Positions 25,930 through 39,697 of a stretch of 64,000 nucleotides of DNA are shown here, one piece after another. How positions within the stretch are numbered: the stretch's first letter is position 1; every line of letters begins with the position of its first letter. This DNA is from Octopus vulgaris. Lineage: Eukaryota. The notes under the pieces are model-generated. The model did no database searches. It was not told the origin of the DNA and saw only the letters and a program-made list of their open reading frames with translations. The stretch lies in assembly GCA_951406725.2 (NCBI GenBank), contig OX597827.1:7688001-7752000 (forward strand). Direction: 5' to 3'. The translations under genes were made by a program, and so were the position numbers.

Positions 25930-26400
25930 CCGTCTCCTTTCTCTGTTTTTTTTACTGTAGTAATTATAATGGCCTCTGTTCCTCGGAGCTGGTTTGTCAC
26001 ATGCTTCTTCCACTTAGGTACTCCTGAGCCACTCGTCTCTCTACTTCACACCCCACTTGTGTTTACCCACAAGCTCCCAATTAACCCCTATGCTCAGTCC
26101 TTCCTCCTAATATTATCATTTGTCTGGAATTTCTTGCCATCCTTTGACTTCCTTCCCAATATTGACTTGTAACAGTTTAAACTAAACCTTAACAATATCA
26201 GGCTCACCAGCTGTGCAATTAGTGAGCTTCTTGAGACAGCCCTTGAAATTAGTACCCACTCATCCAGATACTTTTATAGAGGCAACACTTTTGGGCAGCC
26301 CAAAAGTACCACCTCTATAAAAGTATCTCCTGGGATGGGCCATCTTCCTCACATTCCATCTGCATGGTATGTTACTCTGCTGCCCTTTCTTCCTTACTTA
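25930..26400 (+). mobile_element. Old LINE 3' remnant
   Basis: YAQSFL...VWNFLP...IDL*QFK resembles the SF..R....WN.LP....FK motif at LINE ORF2 C-termini. Confidence 0.45.
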
Positions 26401-27830
26401 GCAATTAAAAAAATTAAATAAAATATACCACAATTAAATTTGTTCAATTTCTGATTGTCATCAAGGATTTTATTCTAAGATGAAATTAATTGACATAAAT
26501 TGCTCACGTTTTATGTCTTTGTCTCATAAAGAGAAACTCTTTGGCCAGATAAATTTGAAGACTTCATTTTTACTGAATTGCCAGTTGGTTTTGTTAAATT
26601 TTATTTTGTTCAATCCCTGGTAGGTCAATAGATGTTGTATTACTCATTATATTTACATAGTTTTAGATTCAATTAAAAATAGTCCAGAAAACTATAATCA
26701 TAACAACACCAACTCACCTCAGATATTTATACACTAGAGGTTAAATTTATAGAAAATAACAAAACAACATGTTGATAACATTGTTGACTTAAAGTCAGCT
26801 TACCATTTCCAATCCATTGGTTGATTTTTGAGAATTTTAGTTATAGTGAAATATATGATTCTGTCCAGTAACTGAAAATACAGCTGTGCTGTGAAATATT
26901 TAACTGTTGGGGGTAGTAAATACAATTTCAATTCCTATAAAACAACATTGACCTGTGTAATTTTTAACTGCAGGAGATAATTACACTATATTTCATATAT
27001 TTGTATATTTTTACATTGATTTTTCTTGACTTAATAAAGATAATTTTTTTATTCCAAAATTGGAAGCTTGTAATTAATTCAATCTCAGGATATGTGTTGT
27101 TTATTTTGTACAAGTTTATAATGTCAGAAAGCAAAGAAAACCTTGTATTTGAACCCATACTATAAGGCACTTAACTAAATAAATTTATATGATTTTTCTG
27201 TTGCAATCATTTTCTTGTCTTCCAATAAATACTTAAATTAAAATTTAACCTCTTTTAATGAACTGCCATCGTTCATTTCAACATTTAGAGTTCAATAATT
27301 TAATGTTTCATAACATGGCTCACCTAAGTCAGACGTAAACATTTCTTATTTTCGTTTGGTATTGTTTTACATTTCTTGTTTTTTTTTTTTAACTAATAAT
27401 CATCTTTTCTTAGTCAACAAAGAGAATGTTTTAGAAAGTTTATTTGATTTTAAGATAACCTATTTTTTAGCTTAAGCATAGCTAATGACTTCACATCTAC
27501 ACTGCATCTTATCACTTTTTGAACCATTTAATAATCATCCATTCATTTAATGTCTGATATTTTTACACTAGCATGGTTAAGACAAGGCAGATATTGAAGT
27601 TGCATTTTTATGGCCAGATGCTCTTTTTGTTACCAACTCTTCCCTCTTTTCCAAGTAAGGGGTTCTTTGTTCCATCAAAATTTGAAAGCACAGAGCAATT
27701 GTGGTTTGTTGACAAAAAATGTCAACAAAAGTCTTTGCTATAACCCAGCCACAATGTCACTGCTTGCAGCTGAGCTTCAAACAGTGATGAGATCACAATA
27801 TGTGACCAAAGCTCAGAATAGACAGTAAGC

Positions 27831-27868
<38 letters not shown>

Positions 27869-28869
27869 ACACAAATTTCTTATGACCCTGCTTTACTTGT
27901 TTTTAGCAAACGTTATGGCCTTTGGTCAATACTGACACATTTATTAAATACTGAAATTTTGTTGGAAATTTTGTGTCAAATTAATTCCAATATAGTTACA
28001 TATGATTTATTTTGTCAAACTTTGATGGAAGAGGAAACTAAATTAATCAAAAATTTTTAGGGACAAAAATGTATAATCAATCCCAACTGAACCCAGAAGT
28101 AAGTAATACCAAATTAGCTTAAACAATACAGTATATAATTGCATCAAATTGCAGTTCCACTATATTATAACCATCATCATCATCTCATAGATATCCTTCC
28201 TTTATCTAATCTAGTTTTTGCATTCCTTTAGAAATGCTTGGTCCTCTCTGTTCCAAATACTTAGCTACTGTCTTCTTTGTGTAACATATGATATCTTTCC
28301 TATGTTACAGAATTTTCAAGAATAAAAACACATAATAAGAAAAAGTAAACAAAGCAATGAAATTATAGAGAATGTTGGAGGGAAAAAAATGATGAAATAA
28401 AATACAATTTTTGAATTATTGCAAAAGGAAAAAAAAAAAATCATAAATCAATAAATCATAAAGGTTAATGTCATTATTATCCTTTAAAAAAATCTGAACA
28501 GTAGAAAGCAACAATGAAGTAGCTGGAACAATAACTGAACTCTGATATTCAGGTACTTGGGTGAATTTTGCTTTTAAAATGGTTGGTTCCCATTAAAAAG
28601 CGACTACTATGCTGTTTAGTTTGATTCAGGAACTACAAAGCTGAACACTAAGGTTTTGCTAATGTTTACACTTGTCAAATATTATTGAAGAGATAGATAT
28701 ATTATTTGGTATATTTGCTGCATTCTTGCAATAAGTTATAGTGATAATTTTTTCCATCATGAAAAAAATACCACTTTTTTTTTTCAGTTTATTAAATTGA
28801 TGTTTAGAAAACAGAAAATTTAAATCCTATTGCACTTCTATCATTCTTAAGTTTCTTCTCTGTACATAC

Positions 28870-29032
28870 CTGGTAATTCTTCATAGAGTCCAGCATCTGC
28901 ATCGCTCCAGTTCTGCCCATTATCAGCAGGAGGTGATTTTGTGGAAAGCTCATTGGAGCGGCCAAGGGATATAACTGTACACAGTTTATCAATTCTGCCA
29001 TCAGATGTCATGGGTGTTTCTTTAATACACAT
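28870..29032 (-). CDS. Internal cytoplasmic-domain exon, probably protocadherin (163 nt, phase 0 to phase 1)
   Basis: Acceptor tcttctgctgtacacag|ATG and donor CCAG|gtatgt. Encodes MCIKETPMTSDGRIDKLCTVISLGRSNELSTKSPPADNGQNWSDADAGLYEELP. ADNGQNWSDAD resembles the DSG-x-G-x-S-D/E motif of protocadherin tails. Same strand as the adjacent protocadherin. Confidence 0.8.
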
Positions 29033-29869
29033 CTGTGTACAGCAGAAGATAATCGTAAAAATCAAACTAAGTATTATTTAAATATGCGATTTGCTTTTAT
29101 ATTACTATATATATTTATCTATTATTATTATTATTATTATTGTTATTATTATTATATATGTATATAATTATATATATAGACATACATACATATATACATA
29201 TATATATATACACATATACACACACACGTATATATCTATATATATATTTACATGCTTATGAATGTCTTTGCATATACATGTACATACACACATGAATCTA
29301 TATATTTATATATATATATATATATATAAATAGACACACTCATACATGTGAATTTATATATATACGTGTTTGTATATATGTCCATGTATATATATGTACA
29401 TACATATATACATAGATACATAGATACATATATATATATGTGTGTATATATATATATATGTATATATGTATATACATACATACACATATATATATATGAT
29501 GTAGATTTAAAATATGCCAATATATATCAACTCTACTAAACGCTTGATCATCATCATCTTTTGAATAATTAAATACATTATATAGTATGCATATGCACAT
29601 ATACATCCTTTGTTTGTCTATTGTTAAACTTTTTTACTGCCTTCAGTTTTTGGACTGCAGCTATGGGGAGACAATACCTTGTAAGGTTTTAGCCAATTAC
29701 ATTGCTCTCCTCCCACTAAGTATCTATTTGTGTTCATGGCCAATTTTATTCATCTCTATAAGTCAGACTATTATGTAACTTAACATAAAGGGACGGAACT
29801 TAACAAACACAAAATTCTACGTATTACTGCAAACATACACATAGACACAAACACAGTCATAGGCACACA

Positions 29870-29957
<88 letters not shown>

Positions 29958-30013
29958 TATATATATGTGTATGTATATATATATACATATATGTATATAT
30001 GTATGTATGTATA

Positions 30014-30051
<38 letters not shown>

Positions 30052-30258
30052 AAAATACACATGTGTATATAAATATTTATGTGTGTGTGTACACCACCGA
30101 CCTCCTTCTTTACATTGGCATACAACCTGGAGCCATTTGGTTATGACTGAAATTTTTAACTCTGCAACCATGCTCCTGCCTATTTTTATGCATACATACA
30201 CACATACATATATATATATATATGTATATACACATAGGCATATATATGCATATATATA

Positions 30259-30301
<43 letters not shown>

Positions 30302-30564
30302 ATGTATAGATATATGTATATATATGTGTATATATATATACATATATATATACATGCACATGTACGTACATATATGTGCATGCATACACATATATAAATA
30401 TATACAAATATTTATATGCATGCATATACAAATATGTATATATAAACACAAGGGCAAACAAATCATGAGAAAAATAATTCTCCAAAAATTAATTAACTAA
30501 GATCTAATTAATTTTGTTATTATCTGGAATGACTATTTTAAAAAATGATAATAACAGACTCAAT

Positions 30565-30740
30565 AATTGCTCGAAATACGGATTAGAAAAATAGCCGACA
30601 ACTGATGAAGGGTCGGTCCTTGTGTTGCTTGTCTTGTTTTCCTTTTGTTTCTTTTGTTGTTTGCAAAAAATCCCTTATTCCATGTCCTCGTACTTCGTTT
30701 TTTTGTTGTTGTTTATGTTTTGTGACGTCCTGTGCCGACA
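30565..30740 (+). mobile_element. PLE-like LTR relic
   Basis: tcgaaatacggattagaaaaatagccgacaactgatgaaggg is homologous to minus-strand tcgaaatgcagagtagataaaacaggggacaactgatgaaggg at ~56893-56934. Confidence 0.55.
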
Positions 30741-31043
30741 TATGCATATGTATATACATATACATGTATGTACGTATATATATGGGCATATATACATTGT
30801 TTGTATTATTATTATTATATATATATATATACACACACAGACACATATATATGCATATATATATACATGCATATGTATGTCAATATATATGCACACGTTC
30901 ACATAGACATGTTTACGCACGTACATATATTTATATGTATATATATATATATATACATATATATTCCAGAGTAAACACATAAATGCGAAACAAGGTGGAA
31001 AAAAAGAGTACCCAAAAACCAGTGGTAGAGTAATATGCTTTAT

Positions 31044-31189
31044 TTAAAGCAGCAGAAAATTCTACAAAACCTGTTACTCTGAGTTTCGTGTTGCCGTTCA
31101 TCGGACAGTTTTTGCTAGCAAAAGCTGTCCGTTGAACGGCAATGTGAAACTCAGAGTAACGGGTTTTGTAGAATTTTCTGCTGCTTTAA
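31044..31189. mobile_element. Palindromic PLE-like relic with a hammerhead motif on each arm
   Basis: Near-perfect palindrome centred on gctagc (31114-31119). Arm consensus is CUGU CCGAUGA ACG GCAA CGU GAAA CUCAGAG UA ACAG. Confidence 0.78.
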
Positions 31190-31195
31190 TTATAG

Positions 31196-31227
<32 letters not shown>

Positions 31228-31799
31228 GGAAAGCACTTGACATAGTACCAGCAAGATAAAGAAAGAAGTACTCATTATTAAAAAAAGTATGTTTAATGTT
31301 AGATTTTTACTAGAAGCTGAAATTTTTTACTTATACTCCGCTGAGCTTCAAGATATCAATTTTCAATTATCAATCAAGAAATAATGTAAATGGAACAAAA
31401 TAGAAGTAGTTAGAGACTGTTAAAAACAAATTAATATCTGTCATTAATTGCATGAAGCTTGTCACAGTTTTGGAGTTAAAGGATATTATTGGTTAAGCTG
31501 TTTGAAATTTTACTCAAATCTCACCAATTCAAAAGACTGGAAACAATAAATGCAGAAAAATTATTAATAAATAATTAATTTCCAAATCTGCATCAAGCTT
31601 TGTTCCATCAAAGTATGATATTTGTTTTTGATTGCTACAGAATTGGTGCATGAATGTACAGAAGCTCAGCGGTAAGGCAGTGCAAAATTATGTCTTGTAG
31701 CTTATTATGTCTGTTAATTAAGGTAAAAAGACACAAAAATTATTTTACCTCTGGATACTTAAAATACTTGCTATGTCATCAGATAAAATTATTCATATT

Positions 31800-32159
31800 T
31801 ACTCGTTTACTTGTTTCAGTCATTTGACTGTGGCTATGCTGGAGCACTGCCTTTTTAGTCGAGCAAATCGACCCTAGGACTTATTCTTTGTAAGCCTAGT
31901 ACTTATTCTATCGGTCTCTTTTGCTGAACCGCTAAGTAAAGGGGACATAAACACACCAGCATTGGTTGTCAAGCAATGTTGGGGGGGGGACAAACACAGA
32001 CACAAAAACACACACACACACATATATATACATATATATATATACGACGGGCGTCTTTCAGTTTCCATCTACCAAATCCACTCACCAAAGCCCGAGGCTA
32101 TAGTAGAAGACACTTGCCCAAGGTGCCACACAGTGGGACTGAACCCGGAACCATGTGGT
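31800..32159 (-). mobile_element. SINE family A, 5'-truncated with an internal deletion
   Basis: Reverse complement of the family A body and tail. Confidence 0.9.
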
Positions 32160-32241
32160 ACTGCTTCGTTAATTTTTTTGTATGAAGATTATGAATGTAA
32201 AACCCTAATATTTTTAAAAGTTGCTCAACTTCCAATAAAAA

Positions 32242-32304
<63 letters not shown>

Positions 32305-32307
<3 letters not shown>

Positions 32308-32536
32308 GCATCCAGTTGTAAAAACATTGCCAACACTGACCTCGCCTATGCTTGTGGCATGTAAAATGCACTAAGTCCATTCTCCTGAATGGGTCATGTA
32401 AGGAAGGGCATCCAACTATAAAAAGCCTGCCAAAACAGTCATAGAAGTCTGGTGAAGGTTTTTACCTGGTCAGCTCATGTCAAACTGTCCCACCCATGCT
32501 AGTATGGAAAGCAGACGTTAAACGTTGATGATGATG

Positions 32537-32540
<4 letters not shown>
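32305..32540 (+). mobile_element. Family D retroposon 3' end, diverged
   Basis: aggaagggcatcc...acccatgctagtatgg...gacgttaaacgttgatgatg. Confidence 0.75.
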
Positions 32541-32588
<48 letters not shown>

Positions 32589-32736
32589 ATAATAATAAAT
32601 AATTTGGACAAATAAGTATAAGTCGATTAGTATGTTTAAATATTGCACCCAATAAAGATTTAATACTGAATCCATCTGTTAATTAATATATATATATATG
32701 CATATATATACAGTCATATATATACATGTGTGTGTG

Positions 32737-32775
<39 letters not shown>

Positions 32776-33175
32776 GCATACACACATTCATTTTATATGT
32801 TGTTAGCAGGACTAAACAAAAGCAAGAACCAATTGCATTTGGGCACTGTACATCATATTACACTCTTAAACTCCACCTATTGTTGCAGATTGATTTCAAC
32901 TTTTGAAACAAGGCCAACAAGATCAAGGAGGTGGGGTAAGTTGATTACATCATCTCCAGTACTCAACAGGTACTCATTTTATCAACCCCAAAAGGATGAA
33001 AAACAAAGCAGAACTTGGCAAAATTTGAACCCAGAATGTAAAGACGGACAAAATTCCACAAAACATTTTGCCCAGCATGTTAATGAGTCTGCCAGATCGC
33101 TACTCATCTATAGATACATATAAAGATGCTCAGCTGCATCTGTTGATGTACAAGCTCATATAAATATCGATATAT

Positions 33176-33562
33176 AGGCCCAGGCATTGGCTGTGCGATA
33201 AGAAGTTTGCTTCCTAGCCACATGGTTTTAGGTTCAGTCCCACCGAGGGGCACCTTGGGTAAATGTCTTCAACTGTCTTAGGATGACCGAAGGCTTGTGA
33301 GTGGATTTGGTAGAGGGAAACTTAAAGAAGATTGTCATGTATATGTGTGTGTGTGTGTCTGAGGATGTACCCCCACCACTGCTTGACAACTGGTGTTGTG
33401 TTTACATCACTGTAACTTAGCAGTTTGGCAAAAGTAGCCAATAGAATAAGTAACAGGCTTCAGAAAAAAAAAAGAAGTCCTGGGGTCAATTCATTTGACT
33501 AAAACTTTTTCAAGGCAGTGCCCTAGCATGGCTGCAGTCTATTGACTGAATCAAGATAAAAG
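33176..33562 (+). mobile_element. SINE family A, diverged
   Basis: Recognisable head, body and tail. Confidence 0.8.
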
Positions 33563-33579
33563 ATATATATGTATGTGTG

Positions 33580-33618
<39 letters not shown>

Positions 33619-34356
33619 CTTTTCATATATGTAGTAGTACATTTGTGTGTGTGTGTGTCTGTGTGTGTGTGCTACTGAAATGTGAAGTCATGGAATATAT
33701 TTTTATTTGCTTTGAATTGCATGATCTTGCAGTTTCACAAGATAAAATTTTTTACATTGACTAACTCAACATAAAATTGGCAAGATTTTAGTTGAACTTG
33801 ATAAATCTCAAAATTTAAGATATATCCAATTTTTATCCAGTTTAATATGTTAGCAGAGATATTGCAAGATATTTACATTCATATATATATATATATATAC
33901 ACACACATACATATATAGACATATATATATACATACATATATATGCATATATATATAATTATGTACATATATATATGCACACACATACACATATGCATGT
34001 ACACATATGAATATATATATATATAGATATATATACATACACACACACATATATGTGTGTGTATATATATATATATACACATATATATCAATGTGTGTGT
34101 TATATGCAACAGCTTTCATAAGATTTTAACTGATAAAGAGTTAACTTAAATCCTTCTACATTTTAACTTAAGAGACATCATTTTCCTTGCTAAATATGGT
34201 AGTCTAGACAAAAGATTTTCTGAGTGGAAAAAGGCATTTTGTTAAAAACAATACTATCCTATCTTGTTTGTGGGAAAATTTATGTTTTGGTCATTTTAAA
34301 TAAACAAACAAAAATCAATAAAAGAAAAAGAATATCATTAAAAAAAATGAAATGAA

Positions 34357-34357
34357 A

Positions 34358-34424
<67 letters not shown>

Positions 34425-34500
34425 CAACAACAATAATAATAATGACAACAACAGCAACAATAATAATAATGACAACAACAGCAACAACAATGAAAATAAC
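34357..34500. repeat. (AAT)n/(AAC)n microsatellite
   Basis: Direct reading. Confidence 0.95.
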
Positions 34501-36337
34501 AAGGTTAATGATTACAATGATTCACTTGCAAAATTATTCATAGTTAATGAGAGTGCTGTATCTGAAAAGAAGTGATATGCTAAAATTTGAGCTGATGAGT
34601 AAAGTTTAAATTATCTAAGGCAACTAGGCTGCTTTGAGGGAAAGCAATAAGAAAGCTTGTCGAAATAAAAGCTGTAAATTAGAAGATATTAGCATATACT
34701 GCTTTGTATGTGTGGAGTTGAACCTTCAAAGTACATAGCTGAAGAATTGGAAGAAAGTGAAAAATGTGGTCATTCTCATCCTATGTAATTAAAGATTTCG
34801 CAAGCTCAACTAAGTACTCCACCCATTTTAGTGCTATTTACTTTCCAGTTTAATGACGATGTCCACAGTGACAGCCAGTGGTTATTGATCTGCTTGCTAT
34901 ATATTCTGATCAGAATTTTCTCAGTTTAGAGTAATTAGCTATCATTTAAGGTGTGGTCTTAAGGCTAACACCAGGGTCAAGCAAACAAGGAATGTTAAAA
35001 TTTCCCCTTAGAAGAAATTAAATTAACTTTCCCCGTTTCTATGGTAATGCAATAATTCATTGACCCTTTTTACAGAGACTGCTGACTTGGTTAAATGTGT
35101 AAAATTAACCAAAGAGCCAGATGCAGTAAAATTGCAGCAATCTCCCAAAGTACACAAAAACCATTCTTTTCATTACAAGAGTGATCTAGACAAAGAACAA
35201 CAAAGCAATTATTCCATTTTATCAACATGACCATTCTCATTCCGAATAACAAAGTTCTCCCAATCAAGTCCAATAGTATCTGCAGTTGAAAAATTGTGCA
35301 AGAATTAGAATTAATTTGCTATTTGTCAATTAGCCTCCAACCAATCATGATAAACATGTTCACAAGATTAATATAATTAACACTTGAATCACGAGCCGAT
35401 TCCATTTCGATGGTTTCCTTTCGGGCTTTTAGATATTCCGTTGAACCATTAATCTATGGTAATTAACCAGCGAGAATATGATAAAGAATCTCCATAACAG
35501 AGGTGCCATTAGAATCATCAAAGGAAAACACCAGGTCCTTTGATAAACTGCAGGAAGTGGCTTGCTTAGTAGCTAAACAGTGTACAGTGCAAGCAGATCA
35601 ATACACATTTCTCTTTCAGCTCATTAGTGACTCACAAGTATTGTATAGTGATTGTCACAGTAAATTACCACCAAATATCTGTGCTGCCAGCACAATTTTC
35701 ATAAATACTTTCTTTAAGCAATTCATCCATCAAATAATGTGTAGTAGCAAAATTAAATGAATGTACATGCACGTACACACACACACACACATACACACAT
35801 GCACACATATACACGCATACACACTTTATGCAAACATAGACACAAACACTCTCTTTCAATTTCACTCTTACACTCACATTAAAAGCATGCAAGCACACAT
35901 ATGTACACTTAAATGTATATATGTACACACATACACACATATAATTGCAAAATTATGTATTCACAATATTATATGAATAAACATATATTCATGTATTCTG
36001 AACAGTGTGTGTGTGTGTGTGTGTGTGTGTCTACATGTGCACTCATGTGTGGATGTATGCGTGTAAGAAAGAGAAAGAGAGAGAGAAAGCGTGTGAATTT
36101 TGTATGGTTTCTTTCATGCTTATCATTAAGATATCTGCATATATATATATAGACTAATATATGTATTTTTATTGATATATAAGACATATATGTATTTCTG
36201 TAAAAGGATATTTGCAACTAAGTATCTCATACATACTAATATACATATGCATGAACACACACACACACACACACATGTAAACATGTGATTATATTATATA
36301 TGCACATATATATATTTATATACATAAGTATATATCG

Positions 36338-36378
<41 letters not shown>

Positions 36379-36387
36379 CGTATATAC

Positions 36388-36441
<54 letters not shown>

Positions 36442-36515
36442 ACATATACATATATATTCATATACATATATATATACATATACATATATATACATATACA
36501 TATACATATATATAC

Positions 36516-36558
<43 letters not shown>

Positions 36559-36933
36559 CATACATATATATATATACACAAACATATGGAGTTATATATG
36601 TATTTATGTAGATATATATACATGCAAATGTAAATATATATTTATTGAATAACATATAGAATTATATGTCCCTGGTATTTATAAATATCCATAGCAGAAT
36701 GATTTCTGTAAAAACAGATATTTATGCATATATGTGAGCAAACATAAATAACTTCACAGATATGATCATATAAATGTATATGTGTTCATGCATGCAAATA
36801 TACTCACCATATATACATACATACATACCTGCTTACATACATACATACATACATACATATATGCATACATACATGCACATATGTGTATGTGTGTCTGTGT
36901 ATGTGTCTCTGTGTGTGTATGTATATATATGCA

Positions 36934-36981
<48 letters not shown>

Positions 36982-37308
36982 TATGTGTGGTCAATATATG
37001 AATTAATGAATTGACACATTGTTACTAATAGTTTTCTAACAAAGTTAAAATCCCAATTATTCTTCATACTGTATTATACTACCAACATTCCACAGTGCTT
37101 TTATTTGGAAACTCTACAGTCCTTGTATCATTCAAGCATTGATTGTTTTTTTTTTTACTCTTCCCTGAAACTACTAGTAACATGTTAGTTCTATTTATTT
37201 ATTGCACACAGAGTTGTCTCAGCTACTACTCTGAGTTTCAAAAGTTTACTGTTCATTTTAGATAAATGCATACATTCATATATATATTTAGACCCTACCA
37301 CACACATG

Positions 37309-37340
<32 letters not shown>

Positions 37341-37347
37341 AATATAT

Positions 37348-37824
<477 letters not shown>

Positions 37825-37855
37825 TGTGTGTATGCATGTATATATGTGTATATAA

Positions 37856-37894
<39 letters not shown>

Positions 37895-38627
37895 GAGAAA
37901 ATAATAATACATGTATTTTTCCATACATATTTGATTTTAAATATGTGTGCGGATATGCAATTACATGCATGTGCAGGTGCATGATTGCATGTGTGTGTTT
38001 GCACATGTGAATATGTATTGGTATGTATTCATGTGTTTGTACATGCTTGCGTGTGCATGTGCAGCCAAGTGATCATGTATTGAACCTAGAGCTTATGCAT
38101 TTATCTATATATAGATTATAATATAAGTGCTTGCATTATATCCACCTTAAGTATATGGTCATAGAACTTAAGATTACATGCTTTTCTTAGAAATATGTTT
38201 CTGGTCATTTGGGAACGTGCCTACCAAAATCTTGCATTTAATATATGATCTATCTTTTAGTCATGTGACCTTACCAAAGCTGTGATTTAGCCATGTGGAT
38301 TGGCATCATGAGCCCCTTTAGGGAATTGTGGTAGGAAGAGAGATATTTTCCTTAGACTGGAAACCTGCTCTAAATGCTTCGAAGAGATTGTACTCTGCTG
38401 TAGACACCAAAATGCTAGGTGCTGGTCGGTTTAGGCAAAGAATTGAATACCTTTGAGAAAATACCTATGTTATTATGCCTAACATATATTGAAATATATG
38501 CACACAGACAGACACACACACACACATTAAATGCACATTCACGTACATGTGTATGTATGTGCATCTGTGAGTGTATATGTGTAAATGTGTGTGTATGTGG
38601 TTAAGACTTTCACGTATTTAGGGATAT

Positions 38628-38856
38628 TTAGCCCTTTCATTACTGTATTTCTGTTGAGATGCTCTCTGTGTTTCTTTCAATTACTTTAAATATAGCAAAG
38701 AATTTAGTAAAATAACTTAGTTATCATTCAGCTAGTGTTAAGAACATAAATTGTGACTAAGGTTTGGTGGTAAATTTTAATTCAAAACTTACGAAAACAA
38801 GACATTTTACCACAGAGCTAGAGCCGGTTTTGGCCGGGTTAGTAACAAAAGGGTTA
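38628..38856. mobile_element. MITE with ccctttc-ttac / gtaac-aaaggg termini (TTAA / piggyBac-like)
   Basis: Terminal inverted repeats; inverted copy at 58633-58859. Confidence 0.8.
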
Positions 38857-39282
38857 GGGATATGGTCCCACTGCATAGATGTTGTTGTCTGATGTTCTAT
38901 ATTATTACTACTGACTGATCAAGGAATTTGGAAGACAGAAGCTGAAAGAAGCCCATTGTACACACACACACACACACACGCACACACACATACAAATATT
39001 ATATATATGCACTGTGTGTGTGTACTTACCATTTATAGAAATAGTGTACAGTTGTTTGCTGTCTTCTGTGAAAGCATGTTCAGACTATGTATTGCTTGCT
39101 AGAATGAGGATCATTATTTTGGTTTGAGACAGTTGAGTGTTAGCTTCTAAATGTAATCTAATGGCATCTGGTTAACAAAAATTCTTTCTCAACATAGTTG
39201 CATCTAACCCATGCAAGCATGGAATAGGAGGCATAAAAGTTACTATCATGATGTTATATGTTTTGGCATTTTACTGAGGCAT

Positions 39283-39697
39283 AGTGGGAGTGGCTGTGTG
39301 GTAAGTAGCTTGCTAACTAACCACATGGTTCCGGGTTCAGTTCCACTGCATGGCACCTTGGGCAAGTGTCTTCTGCTATAGCCCCGGGCTGACCAATGCC
39401 TTGTGAGTGGATTTGGTAGACGGAAACTGAAAGAAGCCTGTCGTATATATGTATATATATATATATGCGTGTGTATGTGTTTGTTTGTCTGTGTTTGTCC
39501 CCCTAGCATTGCTTGATAACCGATGCTGGTGTGTTTACATCCCTGTCACTTAACGGTTCGGCAAAAGGGACCGATAGAATAAGTATTGGGCTTACAAAGA
39601 ATAAGTCCCAGGGTTGATTTGCTCGACTAAAAAGGCAGTGCTCCAGCATGGCCGCAGTCAAATGACTGAAACAAGTAAAAGAGTAAAGAGTAAGTGA
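39283..39697 (+). mobile_element. SINE family A, near full length
   Basis: Head, body and tail all present. Confidence 0.92.

Noticed and set aside
35503-35760. 85-aa plus-strand ORF
   Set aside because: GTG start, no splice signals or motif; better explained as a non-coding island.
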